From the NCBI GenBank assembly GCA_964513425.1, contig CAZEME010000001.1, positions 3,062 through 67,061 on the forward strand: a DNA stretch of 64,000 nt, written 5' to 3'. This DNA comes from an uncultured Candidatus Saccharimonas sp. GTDB taxonomy: Bacteria > Patescibacteriota > Saccharimonadia > Saccharimonadales > Saccharimonadaceae. The position numbers and the translations under genes were made by a program. The notes under the pieces are model-generated. The model made no database searches. It saw only the letters and a list, made by a program, of their open reading frames with translations, and was not told the origin of the DNA. Shown in pieces: positions 44,878 to 55,127 of the stretch. Each line of letters starts with the position of its first letter. Position 1 is the first letter of the stretch.

Positions 44878-45729
44878 TTACTTTATTATAACAGACTGTA
44901 GAGCCATTTTAGTTAACCAAAGCCTAATATTGCCGTTGGAACTAACTTGTTGGTGAGTATCTAATATATCATCAATATAGTTAATTGTTTTTTGGCTATC
45001 GTCTTGTTTGATAATTGTTTGTTTGAGAATTAATAAACAATATTGCAGTATCTTCAAGGTGTCTGGGCGACTATCTTTATATTTATTAATAATTAGTAGT
45101 TTATGGTATAAATCACTCGTCAGTAAAGATTTACTATCAAGCATTAATTGCAATTGGGTATTAAAATAATCTTCATTAGTAGCTAGTTTATATAATTCGG
45201 CTGGTCGATGATTGGCCATAAAAATAATTTGATGACGTTTTATGGTATCTTTTAGCTCAATAGAATCTAATAGTTGAATGGATTGTTTGTCAGTTATGGG
45301 CTTTATCTCTAATTTAGAGGCTCTTGATAATATGGTTGGCAAAAATATTCCAAGATTATTAGCCAGTAATATAAAGTAATTATTGCTTTTAGGCTCTTCT
45401 AGGAGCTTCAGAAAAGCATTCTGAGCCTGGCTAGTCATAGTGTCGGCTTTTTCTATAATAATCATCCTCTTACCTTTTGTTCTAGAAGCTGTTGTCTGGT
45501 AAAGCTGTCTAATAATATCTACGCCTATAATACCGTTGATTTGATCAATCTTATTATCTTTTTCTGGTAAAAACAATAATGGCTTAGCCTCAAGTTGGTT
45601 AGTAATATATCTAGCAACCGTCGTTAATCCAGAACCGGGTTGACCGAAAATAATTAAGGCTTGAGGCGGATTATTAATAACTGATTGGATATGCAGTTTA
45701 GTTATTTGATTAAGGATTGGTTGAATCAT
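44878..45729 (-). CDS. holB: DNA polymerase III delta-prime subunit-like AAA+ protein
   Basis: 283 aa. Walker A FGQPGSGLTT, the IIIEKAD box and the sensor motif ILSRASKL, characteristic of clamp-loader delta-prime. Confidence 0.72.
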   Translation of the reverse strand: MIQPILNQITKLHIQSVINNPPQALIIFGQPGSGLTTVARYITNQLEAKPLLFLPEKDNKIDQINGIIGVDIIRQLYQTTASRTKGKRMIIIEKADTMTSQAQNAFLKLLEEPKSNNYFILLANNLGIFLPTILSRASKLEIKPITDKQSIQLLDSIELKDTIKRHQIIFMANHRPAELYKLATNEDYFNTQLQLMLDSKSLLTSDLYHKLLIINKYKDSRPDTLKILQYCLLILKQTIIKQDDSQKTINYIDDILDTHQQVSSNGNIRLWLTKMALQSVIIK

Positions 45730-46901
45730 AACTTTATTTTACTAAAAAAATTATTAAAATCTTTAGGTAAGCTAGCTTTGAATATCTTCTTACCTAGATC
45801 TGGCACATTTATCTCTAGGCTGTAAGCATGAAGATATAGTCTATCTTGGCTTTTGCCATAAATTCTATCACCTAGAATCGGGCAATTAAGATAGGCTAAA
45901 TGGACTCTTAGTTGGTGGGTTCGACCAGTTTTAGGTATCAACTTTATTAAAGCTTTGTCTTCTTTTATATCCAATATCTCATAGTCAGTAATAGCTGATT
46001 TACCGTTACTATTGACTTTGAAGGTCTTTGGTTTAGCTAGGTTACGGCTAATTGGCAAATCAATTCGAGCCTGACTGTTTTTTGGTATACCAGATGTGAT
46101 AGCTATATATGTTTTAGTAGTTAAACGATCGGCAAACTGTTTTTCAAGCTGTTTGGCCGTTGCCTGATTGCGAGCTCCAATCATAAGGCCACTAGTATCT
46201 CTGTCTAAGCGATGGACTATGCCCGGTCGGTTAGTCTCTATATTATAGCTAGTATAACGTTTAAAGAAATCGGCTACCGTAAACTCCTCGTTAGTTTCAC
46301 CTTTAGAATGAGATAGAACTCCAGCTGGTTTATCGATGACAATTATATTTTCATCAAGATAAATAATCGGCAGATCAAGTTCCTGATAGTCTATTTTATC
46401 TGGTAAATTAAAACTAATTCTATCAGTTTGAGAGACATTTTCTTTAGTTGATTCAACGATCGCTTCATTGATTAATACATGACCTAATCTAATATGTTTC
46501 TGCCACTGACTGCGTGATTTTTCAGGGAATTTACTAGCTAGGACCTGATCTAGTCGTTGTTTATCGATACTTAATTGGCCTATTAAATAACAGCTTTTAC
46601 CTCTAAATGGCATACCATAAGTCTTGGCAATTTTATCTTTCGGATTAGTAATCAGCCGGAATCTAGTCTTATCATGAGAAACTTTATTAACCTCATTTAA
46701 TATATAGTTTTTTCTATCATCTGCCTCGCCATCTATTAATATATAGTAGGCTTTAGCCTGATAGTAAAAGCTAGTTAGACTATTGAAACTACTTGGCTGA
46801 TGGAACTTTACTAGAGTAATATCTTTAGTGGTATCTTTTTCTTCTTTAATCTCAAAAGAATGTAGAATCTCTAGAATATCTTTTTTAGATAGATTTGACA
46901 T
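45726..46901 (-). CDS. RluA-family 23S rRNA pseudouridine synthase (RluD-like) with a ~120-aa N-terminal extension
   Basis: S4-like segment, catalytic motif HRLDRDTSGL and C-terminal HQLRVHL. The first ~120 aa match nothing I recognise. Confidence 0.82.
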   Translation of the reverse strand: MSNLSKKDILEILHSFEIKEEKDTTKDITLVKFHQPSSFNSLTSFYYQAKAYYILIDGEADDRKNYILNEVNKVSHDKTRFRLITNPKDKIAKTYGMPFRGKSCYLIGQLSIDKQRLDQVLASKFPEKSRSQWQKHIRLGHVLINEAIVESTKENVSQTDRISFNLPDKIDYQELDLPIIYLDENIIVIDKPAGVLSHSKGETNEEFTVADFFKRYTSYNIETNRPGIVHRLDRDTSGLMIGARNQATAKQLEKQFADRLTTKTYIAITSGIPKNSQARIDLPISRNLAKPKTFKVNSNGKSAITDYEILDIKEDKALIKLIPKTGRTHQLRVHLAYLNCPILGDRIYGKSQDRLYLHAYSLEINVPDLGKKIFKASLPKDFNNFFSKIKL

Positions 46902-46906
46902 ACTAA

Positions 46907-47941
46907 TTATTTTTTAGGTCGTAAGCCAACTGCTTGTTGTACTTTTAGTAAAGTAGCATTAGCAATTGGGGTTAAATCACCTTCTGATTGTTCTAGCTTG
47001 GCCATTAACTTTGTATCTGATATATTACCTAACCTGGTTTGAAAATCTGTTAAGAACTGTTTAACTGTCTCGGCTACAGCTTTTTTAAAATCGCCATAGC
47101 TAGTTGTGCCAACCCATCTATCATTAATTTCTGTTTGGCTACGCCCAGTCAGCATAGATTCAATCTGTAGTAAGCTAGTGATACCGGGTTGATTCTCCCA
47201 ATCAAAGTTAATCTTGCCGACGCTATCAGTAGTAGCTGACATGATCTTTTTAGCGGCAACTGAAGGCTTATCGATTAATAATATCTTTGATTTTTCATCT
47301 TTATCACTCTTACTCATTTTTCTATAAGGGTTAGACAAGCTTCTAATTCTCAAGCCTTTATCACGTTTAATAAATTCAGTTTGAACGTTAGTTGGTTCTG
47401 GAACTGTAAAGATTTCTCCGAACTTACTATTGAATCTCATAGCAATATCTCTAGTTATTTCAATATGCTGGAATTGGTCATCACCAACTGGTACATAGTT
47501 AGCACCGTACAATAGAATATCAGCAGCCATTAGAACTGGATAATTAAATAGACCAACTGTTATAGAGTTATTCTCAGAAGAATATTTCTCTTTGAATTGA
47601 GTCATTCGGCTCATTTCGCTAAAGCTAGTAAAACAATCTAATATCCAAGTCAATTCACTGTGAGCTGGAATATAGCTCTGGCGATAGAGATAGGTGTCTG
47701 GGTCATCTAGATTAAGCCCGGCGGCTACGAAGTATCTCAAGTTTTGTAGGGTATTATGATAAAGAGAGTCATAATCAATTGGAGTTGTAAAGCTATGGAG
47801 ATCTGGCACAAACATATTAATTTGGTATTTGCCAGCAAAATTATGTTGCATCTTGACTATTGGCAACATAGCCCCTAGATAATTGGCAATAGTTGGCTCT
47901 TCGTTGGAACGTATCCCTGTTAATATAATAGATTTATTCAT
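46907..47941 (-). CDS. trpS: tryptophan--tRNA ligase
   Basis: 344 aa. TrpRS-type HIGH variant PTIANYLGA, GDDQFQHIEITRD and KMSKS. Confidence 0.9.
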   Translation of the reverse strand: MNKSIILTGIRSNEEPTIANYLGAMLPIVKMQHNFAGKYQINMFVPDLHSFTTPIDYDSLYHNTLQNLRYFVAAGLNLDDPDTYLYRQSYIPAHSELTWILDCFTSFSEMSRMTQFKEKYSSENNSITVGLFNYPVLMAADILLYGANYVPVGDDQFQHIEITRDIAMRFNSKFGEIFTVPEPTNVQTEFIKRDKGLRIRSLSNPYRKMSKSDKDEKSKILLIDKPSVAAKKIMSATTDSVGKINFDWENQPGITSLLQIESMLTGRSQTEINDRWVGTTSYGDFKKAVAETVKQFLTDFQTRLGNISDTKLMAKLEQSEGDLTPIANATLLKVQQAVGLRPKK

Positions 47942-48041
47942 GACTATCTAATATTATACATCATTGACTCAATTAGATTAATATTCTATTATTAGAATTG
48001 ATCCGAAATAGGCGCTCATTAATATAAGGAGGTTGGGTTAG

Positions 48042-48356
48042 TTGGAGAAATATCTGGTACGTGGCTATTTTTTTGGTCAGGAAGATTCTCCCTGTGGGGC
48101 TCTCATAGCTGAGATGATTTCCACTAAAGATGGCTCAGTTGTTAGGACCGCCGCTAAAGACTTGGACACTCTGGTAATCAAGCTTAAGGCCGATTATGGC
48201 TCTTCAAGCGAAGATTTGCCGGAAACCTTGCAGCTATTGATTGATTACATCAAATCCTTAAAAGAAGAAAACCCTTCAATCAAAGAGATTTCTGGGATCA
48301 ATTTGGACCAGCTAGTCAATTCGGCGACAAATAAGCTGTCGCAACTTTTAAGTTGA
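48042..48356 (+). CDS. hypothetical protein (104 aa)
   Basis: TTG start 9 nt after AAGGAGG, followed by a strong terminator. No family recognised. Confidence 0.5.
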   Translation: MEKYLVRGYFFGQEDSPCGALIAEMISTKDGSVVRTAAKDLDTLVIKLKADYGSSSEDLPETLQLLIDYIKSLKEENPSIKEISGINLDQLVNSATNKLSQLLS

Positions 48357-48388
48357 TAATTGATAAAAAGATGAGCTAGGATCAAAAA

Positions 48389-48412
48389 GAGCGGACAATG
48401 ATTTGTCCGCTC
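48389..48412. terminator. bidirectional intrinsic terminator
   Basis: gagcggacaa-tgat-ttgtccgctc (10-bp stem), flanked by aaaaa on one side and tttcttttt on the other. Confidence 0.7.
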
Positions 48413-48435
48413 GATTTCTTTTTCTGGATAATATA

Positions 48436-48834
48436 TTATCGCTTGGAATATTGCTCTTTTTTACGAGCTGACCTGAGGCCATATTTCTTACGTTCTTTTT
48501 CCCTGGAATCTCTTTTTAGAAGTTCAGCTTTCTTTAGGACTGGTCTTAAATCACTGAAACCAGCAATTACTGCTTTAGCAATAGCTAGTTTAATGGCATC
48601 GACTTGTCCAGCTAAGCCACCACCTTTAACTAATATACTAGCATCAAAATCTGATTGTTTACTAACTAAAGCTAAGGGATCAGTTATCTCAGCTAGTTGA
48701 GTCTTGTTATTGCTTAGATAGTCGCTAGCAGCTTTGCCATTAATAACTATTTTACCGGTACCTGGCAGTAAACGAACTGTAGCTGTAGAACTCTTTCTTC
48801 GACCAAGACCATAAAGATATTTAGTTTTTGCCAT
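48436..48834 (-). CDS. rpsI: 30S ribosomal protein S9
   Basis: 132 aa with the C-terminal ...KKYGLRSARKKEQYSKR, in rplM-rpsI order. Confidence 0.95.
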   Translation of the reverse strand: MAKTKYLYGLGRRKSSTATVRLLPGTGKIVINGKAASDYLSNNKTQLAEITDPLALVSKQSDFDASILVKGGGLAGQVDAIKLAIAKAVIAGFSDLRPVLKKAELLKRDSREKERKKYGLRSARKKEQYSKR

Positions 48835-48835
48835 A

Positions 48836-49276
48836 TTATATTACCTCTACTTTCTGTGGTGTTTGAGCTGTATGATTATGTTCTCCGTCTGGGAAAACAT
48901 GTAGCCTCTTTAATCTGTCAGCAGATAACTTATTCTTTGGCAACATACCTTTTATAGCTTCTTCAATAATTAGTTCAGGGCTTTTAACTCTCAATTCGCC
49001 CAGTGAAGCAGTCTTAAGATTACCAATATAGCCAGAATGGCGATAATACTTCTTAGCTAGCTCTTTGTTACCAGTTACAATCAGTTGTTTAGCATTAATA
49101 ACCACTACATGGTCTCCAGAGTCGATATGAGGCGTGTAGGTGGGCTTATATTTGCCAATTAGATATTTAGCGGCACAAGTGGCTATTCGGCCAAGAGGAG
49201 CGCTAGAAGCGTCTAATAATATCCATTCTCTAGATATTTCAGCTGTTTTCTGTGAATATGTTTTAGTATTTGGCAT
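48836..49276 (-). CDS. rplM: 50S ribosomal protein L13
   Basis: 146 aa, L13 family sequence, upstream of rpsI. Confidence 0.95.
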   Translation of the reverse strand: MPNTKTYSQKTAEISREWILLDASSAPLGRIATCAAKYLIGKYKPTYTPHIDSGDHVVVINAKQLIVTGNKELAKKYYRHSGYIGNLKTASLGELRVKSPELIIEEAIKGMLPKNKLSADRLKRLHVFPDGEHNHTAQTPQKVEVI

Positions 49277-49680
49277 TATTTTTTCTCCTTGTTAGTCTCA
49301 ACTGGGTCTTTTGTTGATGATATATCATCAACAAATTCAACTATAGCCATTTGTGATCCATCACCAACTCTTAAGCCAGTTTTTTTAAGGCGAATATGAC
49401 CACTGGTCCGGTTAGCTAGTTTAGGGGCAATCTCTTCTATTAATCTATGGGCAGCTTCTTGAGTATTTAAGCTAGCTATAACCATTCGACGGTTATTCAA
49501 GTCGCCCTTTTTAGCCTTAGTAATAACTTTTTCGATATAACGAATTAGTTCTTTAGCTTTTGGACAAGTTGTTTCAACTTTACCGTAGATAACCAAGCTA
49601 GTAGCTAGCCCTTTAATAAGAGCTCCTCTTTGGTCTTTTTCTCGGCCTAACTTTCTACCTACATAACCATGTCTGTGCAT
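49276..49680 (-). CDS. rplQ: 50S ribosomal protein L17
   Basis: 134 aa. MHRHGYVGRKLGR is the L17 signature. It follows rpoA. Confidence 0.95.
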   Translation of the reverse strand: MHRHGYVGRKLGREKDQRGALIKGLATSLVIYGKVETTCPKAKELIRYIEKVITKAKKGDLNNRRMVIASLNTQEAAHRLIEEIAPKLANRTSGHIRLKKTGLRVGDGSQMAIVEFVDDISSTKDPVETNKEKK

Positions 49681-49683
49681 TTT

Positions 49684-50610
49684 CTATAATTCCAATTCTG
49701 CTAGCTTTTCTTTAACTTCATCTAAGGCTTTTGATCCGAAGCCCTTTAGTTCTCTTAGATCTTGTTCACTAAGAGTGACTAGATCATGGACAGTTCGGAT
49801 GTCGTTATTAACTAGCGCATTAGCTGTTCTAGCGGTTAGGTTTAATTCTTCGATTAGGGTATTAAGCTCACTTGGCTCGTCATCTATCTCTTGACCTAGA
49901 GCTGGGGCACTATCTACGATGGTTGAACCAGCTAAGGCAGAATATTGATTGACTAATATAGCAGCAGCTTGTTCAAAAGCTTCTTTAGGGCTAATAGAAC
50001 CATCTGTTTCTATAACTAGAGATAATTTATCTAGATTAGTCTCGCGACCAACACGGGTGCCTTCTACTTTATAGCGAACTCGGGTGACTGGACTAAACAT
50101 AGCATCAATAGCTACCATATCGCTATGCACGCGATTAGAGCTAGAATCTTCTATAGATTCATAACCACAGCCTGATTCAACTACTAAGTCAATTAGGATT
50201 GATTTTTTTGGATCGTCAATAGTACAGATTAATTGATCTGGATTAACTACTTCAACATCAGCATTAGTAGTTATGTTACCAGCTAAAACTGGGCCAGAAC
50301 CTTTTTTCTCTAATCTTAATTCGATTGGCTCATCACTATGAACCTTCAAATTTACGCTCTTTAAATTCAACATGATGTCAACTACATCTTCTTTGACACC
50401 CTCTATTGTTGTGAATTCGTGGCTAGCCCCTTCTATTCGGAAGGCGACAATTGCTCCACCTTTAATACTAGATAGAAGGACCCGTCTTAAGCTGTTACCT
50501 AAAGTGTTACCGTAACCAGCATGTAGTGGTTCGATATTAAAGACGGCACAAGTTGGACTTTGCTCATCTATACTCTCAAGGGCTGGGTTGTGGATTACTT
50601 TTGTTGACAT
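49684..50610 (-). CDS. rpoA: DNA-directed RNA polymerase subunit alpha
   Basis: 308 aa with N-terminal dimerisation domain and C-terminal domain sequences, in the alpha operon position. Confidence 0.95.
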   Translation of the reverse strand: MSTKVIHNPALESIDEQSPTCAVFNIEPLHAGYGNTLGNSLRRVLLSSIKGGAIVAFRIEGASHEFTTIEGVKEDVVDIMLNLKSVNLKVHSDEPIELRLEKKGSGPVLAGNITTNADVEVVNPDQLICTIDDPKKSILIDLVVESGCGYESIEDSSSNRVHSDMVAIDAMFSPVTRVRYKVEGTRVGRETNLDKLSLVIETDGSISPKEAFEQAAAILVNQYSALAGSTIVDSAPALGQEIDDEPSELNTLIEELNLTARTANALVNNDIRTVHDLVTLSEQDLRELKGFGSKALDEVKEKLAELEL

Positions 50611-50642
50611 TTATTTACTCCTTTTTTACTTTTGCTTATTTT

Positions 50643-51269
50643 TTAGCGTGAGTAGTACTCAACTATTAATTGTTCTTTAATATCACTCTCAGCCTCATCT
50701 CTATTTGGTAAACCAGTAATAGATATTTTTAGCTTTTTAATATCTGATTTTAACCAAGATAGTGGTTGCTGGTAAGTGTTCTTCTCAATTTCCTCCATTT
50801 GACTGAAATAGCCAGACTTTTGGCTTTTAGTTCTAACTTCTAATTCATCACCAATTTCTAATCGAATTGATGGGATGTTAACACGACGTCCATTAAGCAT
50901 AAAATGACCGTGAGAGACTAGTTGTCTAGCAGCTCGACGACTAGTAGCAAAACCAGCTCGATAAACAGCATTATCAATTCTTCTTTCTAAGAATTGTAAG
51001 AGTAATTCTCCTGGTAATTGACCCGGTTGATTCTTTCTGGTAGCTTCATCCATTAATTTAGCAAATTGTTTCTCTAATAGACCATAGATGCGTCTGACTT
51101 TTTGTTTTTCGCGTAATTGGGTTGAATATAGGCTTATTTTGCCTCTTCTGCCACCAGCTTGAGAGCCAGGGGTATTAGTTTTCTTAGCCATAATCTTAGC
51201 TGCTTTAGGGTGTAATACATAACCTTCGCGGCGACTTTGTTTTACGATTGGTGAGATATCTCTAGCCAT
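50643..51269 (-). CDS. rpsD: 30S ribosomal protein S4
   Basis: S4 sequence from MARDISPIVKQSRREG. ATG at 51269 lies just after the rpsK stop. The track ORF extends to 51308, overlapping rpsK. Confidence 0.93.
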   Translation of the reverse strand: MARDISPIVKQSRREGYVLHPKAAKIMAKKTNTPGSQAGGRRGKISLYSTQLREKQKVRRIYGLLEKQFAKLMDEATRKNQPGQLPGELLLQFLERRIDNAVYRAGFATSRRAARQLVSHGHFMLNGRRVNIPSIRLEIGDELEVRTKSQKSGYFSQMEEIEKNTYQQPLSWLKSDIKKLKISITGLPNRDEAESDIKEQLIVEYYSR

Positions 51270-51270
51270 A

Positions 51271-51723
51271 TTAAGCTCTCCTTGCCTTTCTTGGACGGAC
51301 TCCGCCATGTGGTATACCAGTTACATCTTTAATACTATCAACCACTAAATTATAACCACCTAAGGCTCTAATAGCGGCATCTCTACCTAAACCAATACCT
51401 TTTACAAAAACATCAACAGACTTCATTGAAAATTGGTTTTTAACTATTTCAGCCGCTTTTTCGGTAGCTATTTGTGAAGCATAGGCTGTGCCTTTTTTGC
51501 TACCACGGAAGCCACAAGCCCCAGCACTAGACGAGCATAAGACGTTGCCTTTTTTATCCGAGAAAGTAACGATAGTATTATTAAAAGTTGCTTGAATATG
51601 TAATTGACCGGCTGGTATCGATTTTTTCTGTTTCTTTTTAGATTTTGAAACAATCACCGGTGTTTCGGTTATTTCATTAACTTCTGGAGTTGTTTTCTGT
51701 TCTTCTATAATTTCTTCTGTCAT
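51271..51723 (-). CDS. rpsK: 30S ribosomal protein S11 (short acidic/basic N-terminal extension)
   Basis: The S11 core is [15 protein letters not shown]...[14 protein letters not shown]. Confidence 0.95.
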   Translation of the reverse strand: MTEEIIEEQKTTPEVNEITETPVIVSKSKKKQKKSIPAGQLHIQATFNNTIVTFSDKKGNVLCSSSAGACGFRGSKKGTAYASQIATEKAAEIVKNQFSMKSVDVFVKGIGLGRDAAIRALGGYNLVVDSIKDVTGIPHGGVRPRKARRA

Positions 51724-51735
51724 ATTAATACCTTC

Positions 51736-52122
51736 CTAAGTCTTGGAGACTGCTTTCTTTTGGGCACCACCAACAGCTACGCCTTTTCCTTTACGGGTTC
51801 TAGCATTAGTTCTAGTTCTTTGTCCTCTAGTTGGTAAGCCAGATTTGTGTCTTAAACCACGATAACAACTAATATCTTTCAAACGTTTGATATTATTAGT
51901 AACTATTCTTTGAAGATCACCTTCTACGGTGTAGTTATTGTCGATAATATCACGTAATCTTTGCTCTTCAGACTCGGTCAATTTACTGACTCTGGTAGTT
52001 GGATCAATATTAGCCTCTTTTAAGATAGACTTGGCTGAAGTTGGACCAATACCATGGATATAGGTCAAAGCCACCTCTATTTGTTTTTCGGTTGGGATAG
52101 TTATTCCTGAAATACGAGCCAT
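51736..52122 (-). CDS. rpsM: 30S ribosomal protein S13
   Basis: 128 aa with the [11 protein letters not shown] terminus. Confidence 0.95.
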   Translation of the reverse strand: MARISGITIPTEKQIEVALTYIHGIGPTSAKSILKEANIDPTTRVSKLTESEEQRLRDIIDNNYTVEGDLQRIVTNNIKRLKDISCYRGLRHKSGLPTRGQRTRTNARTRKGKGVAVGGAQKKAVSKT

Positions 52123-52125
52123 TTA

Positions 52126-52242
52126 TTAACCCTGCCTTTGCTTATTCTTTGGCTTTAGTTTGTTTATAATTCTAAGGATACCCTTACGACGAACTAGGAT
52201 ATCATCAGGACTTATCTTTTTAACGCTTGCACGAACTTTCAT
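52126..52242 (-). CDS. rpmJ: 50S ribosomal protein L36 (Cys-less)
   Basis: Not in the ORF track (38 aa). The translation is [38 protein letters not shown], lying between infA and rpsM as expected. The ends match L36, but the zinc-ribbon Cys/His are replaced. Confidence 0.85.
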   Translation of the reverse strand: MKVRASVKKISPDDILVRRKGILRIINKLKPKNKQRQG

Positions 52243-52280
52243 AAGCGTATTAAAACTCCTATAGCTATTAATTTATTATT

Positions 52281-52508
52281 TTAATTGTCATTCAAGCGGA
52301 AAGTGATTCTTCCCTTACTAAGATCGTAAGGGGTCAACTCAACTTCCACTTTATCACCCGCTACTAATCTAATGTAATGCTTACGCATCTTGCCAGATAT
52401 GTGGGCGATTATACTATGACCATTCTCTAATTCTACTTTAAATTGAGTATTTGGCAGTGATTCCACTACCTTACCTTGCAATTTAATTACTTCTTTTTGA
52501 TTGGCCAT
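52281..52508 (-). CDS. infA: translation initiation factor IF-1
   Basis: 75 aa with an S1-like fold sequence ([20 protein letters not shown]). Confidence 0.95.
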   Translation of the reverse strand: MANQKEVIKLQGKVVESLPNTQFKVELENGHSIIAHISGKMRKHYIRLVAGDKVEVELTPYDLSKGRITFRLNDN

Positions 52509-52591
52509 AGGCTACAACAGAAAATTATACATTAAATTTAAGATTAAGTAAAGTATAAAATTGATTTTTCTTATCTATTAAATTACAGAGT

Positions 52592-54004
52592 CTATTTATA
52601 GTCATCATAAGTAACCATTAAAGCTCTAGAATTAATCTGTCTAAGTGATTCTAGAGCGACTGATATAACAATTAAAAGACCCGTACCACTGATTGACAAG
52701 TTGCTACCAGTCATACCAGCTAAATAGTATAAAGCAAATTCAGCTATGAATGGTAGGATAGCAATAAAACCAAGAGCTAATGATCCAAATAGAGTTAGTC
52801 GATTCATAGTAGTATTTAAATACTTTTCGGTTTTCAGACCTGGTCTAACACCTTCTATAAAGCCACCTTGTTTTTGCATATTATCGGCTATCTCATTTGA
52901 GTTGAAGACTATACCGGTATAAAAGAAGGTAAAAAGTATAACTAACATGAAATAGATAGAAGGATAGATAAAAGCCTGTAGTGATGAGCCGGTAAATGAG
53001 CCGGCTGACGGAGCTTGGAACCAGGCTATAAGATTATTAGCGATACCCATGAACGATTCATTATTAGTAGCTTTTAAGATCTGACCGATAAATGATGGTA
53101 GCGACAGAAAAGCGACGGCAAAGATAATTGGTATGACATTAGCAGTAATTAACTTAACTGGCAGAATACTCTTGATGCCACCATAACTGCTATTACCATG
53201 AACTCTTTTGGCATAGTTAATAACTAATATTCTTTGGGCCTCATTTATCTTAACTAAGATATAAAGGATAATTATTAAGAATATAGCTAGCCCTATCATC
53301 ACCCAGAAAGCTGTCGGATCAACTGGTATAGTAAACCAATTAAAAACATTTAAGCCACCGTTAGTAGTGTTTAATAATGAGCTAATTATAGTACCTATCA
53401 TATTAGGTAGCTGGCTGACGATACCGGCAAAGATAACTAAGCTTATACCATTGCCTATCCCCTGCTCGGTCATTAATTCACCAAGCCACATCAAAAGTAT
53501 AGAACCAGCACTCATAGCTGTAATAGCTATAGCCCAACCAAATATAGAATTATCTGCTGATATAGTCGTATTACCGGCCAGGACAGTTTGTCTCAAGATA
53601 TAGATAAAAGCTCCTGATTGAACAATAGCTAATGGTACGGCTATAATTCTAGTCCATTGGTTTATTTTACGACGACCTGATTCACCATCTTTATGTAATT
53701 CTTCTAACTTTGGTATAGCCTTGGTCAACAGCTGAGAAACAATTGAGGCTGTAATAAAAGGGCTCATGCCAACTAACATAATAGATATGCTAGTCAAGGC
53801 TCCACCGGATAGTAAATTCATAAAACCGCCAAAATCAGAGGAGGCAATAAGATTATTAACTACTTCTTTCAATTGAGCCGGCTCAGCTAAAGGGACCGGT
53901 ATATGGGCTAGTAATCGATAGATAGCCACTATACCTAAAACAATAAAAATACGCTTTCGCATGTCTTTATTTTTGAAAGATTTAAAGATTGTTTTCCAAT
54001 TCAT
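52592..54004 (-). CDS. secY: preprotein translocase subunit SecY
   Basis: 470 aa with 10 TM segments, in the conserved position after rplO. Confidence 0.95.
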   Translation of the reverse strand: MNWKTIFKSFKNKDMRKRIFIVLGIVAIYRLLAHIPVPLAEPAQLKEVVNNLIASSDFGGFMNLLSGGALTSISIMLVGMSPFITASIVSQLLTKAIPKLEELHKDGESGRRKINQWTRIIAVPLAIVQSGAFIYILRQTVLAGNTTISADNSIFGWAIAITAMSAGSILLMWLGELMTEQGIGNGISLVIFAGIVSQLPNMIGTIISSLLNTTNGGLNVFNWFTIPVDPTAFWVMIGLAIFLIIILYILVKINEAQRILVINYAKRVHGNSSYGGIKSILPVKLITANVIPIIFAVAFLSLPSFIGQILKATNNESFMGIANNLIAWFQAPSAGSFTGSSLQAFIYPSIYFMLVILFTFFYTGIVFNSNEIADNMQKQGGFIEGVRPGLKTEKYLNTTMNRLTLFGSLALGFIAILPFIAEFALYYLAGMTGSNLSISGTGLLIVISVALESLRQINSRALMVTYDDYK

Positions 54005-54077
54005 TGAGCTTTTTACCCCTAATTTTATTCTATTATCTAGATTAAGCTAAATAATCACTGTCTATAATAATACACTA

Positions 54078-54551
54078 TTATTTGGTTTCAGTGGTCTTTT
54101 CTTTAATAGGTACACTAGTTTTTGTAAAACTACCACCAGCTTTTAAAACAGCAGCCTTGGCACCTTCGCTAATGCCTAAAACTCTTATATCTAAGCTTTT
54201 ATTAATTTCCCCATTTAAGATGATCTTAACTGGTTGGTGAGGTGTAGCTATAAAACCTTCTGAGAATAGAGATTCATTGTCAACAACCTTGCCCTTAAAA
54301 GATTGTAGATTACCTAGGTAGACTACTTGAGCTGGAGCTTTAAGTGACTTAAAGCCTTTTTTCTTCGGAACAGCTGAAACTAAAGATCTTGAACCACCTT
54401 GAAAGCTGGCTCGCATCTTTTTATGTCCAGTTCGAGCTTTTTGACCCTTAGTACCTCGTCCAGCTGTCATACCTTGACCAGCTGAGATACCTCGGCCAAC
54501 TCTTTTGGTCGTTTTGTTAGCTATTACTTCTAAGTCATTAAACTTTGTCAT
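54078..54551 (-). CDS. rplO: 50S ribosomal protein L15
   Basis: 157 aa with the Gly/Lys-rich N-terminal GRGISAGQGMTAGRGTKGQKAR. Confidence 0.95.
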   Translation of the reverse strand: MTKFNDLEVIANKTTKRVGRGISAGQGMTAGRGTKGQKARTGHKKMRASFQGGSRSLVSAVPKKKGFKSLKAPAQVVYLGNLQSFKGKVVDNESLFSEGFIATPHQPVKIILNGEINKSLDIRVLGISEGAKAAVLKAGGSFTKTSVPIKEKTTETK

Positions 54552-54553
54552 AA

Positions 54554-55126
54554 TTATTTTTCCTCTTTTTCGGGATTACTTACTTTAACTTTAGATTTAT
54601 TAATCCATTGACTCCTTGGGACTATCTCACTGAGAGCTTTAATAGTAGCATAGGCTATATTAACTTTATTATTTGAACCCAGTGATTTGGTCAATAAGTT
54701 TTCTATTCCAGTAACTCCTATGATTGTTCTGACAGCTCCACCAGCTATAATACCAGTACCAGGAGCTGCTGGTTTAAGTAAGATTCTAGCTCCAGAGAAG
54801 GTAACTTCTACATCATGAGGAATAGTACCTTTATCAATAGCAATAGAAATTAGATTCTTTTTAGCTACTTCAGTAGCTTTGGCAACAGCTAATTGGACGT
54901 CAGATCCCTTAGCTACACCTACTCCAACCTTTGTTTTCTTGTCACCAACTACTACTAGGGCTTTAAATCGGAAACGTCTACCACCTTTTACTACTCGAGC
55001 TACTCGATAGATATTAATAACTAATTCTTCATAGACTTTTTGGTCTGTTTTTGCCTCAGTCCTAGGACTAAACTGACGAGTCTTTTTGTTGTCAGTTGAA
55101 TAAGATGTAATTTTTTCTTCAGCCAT
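54554..55126 (-). CDS. rpsE: 30S ribosomal protein S5
   Basis: 190 aa with an S5 dsRBD and C-domain. It abuts rplO directly, with no rpmD between them. Confidence 0.95.
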   Translation of the reverse strand: MAEEKITSYSTDNKKTRQFSPRTEAKTDQKVYEELVINIYRVARVVKGGRRFRFKALVVVGDKKTKVGVGVAKGSDVQLAVAKATEVAKKNLISIAIDKGTIPHDVEVTFSGARILLKPAAPGTGIIAGGAVRTIIGVTGIENLLTKSLGSNNKVNIAYATIKALSEIVPRSQWINKSKVKVSNPEKEEK

Positions 55127-55127
55127 A

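Noticed and set aside
48398-48700. 100-aa + strand ORF overlapping rpsI
   Set aside because: It is antisense to S9 and begins inside the terminator hairpin, so it is not credible.
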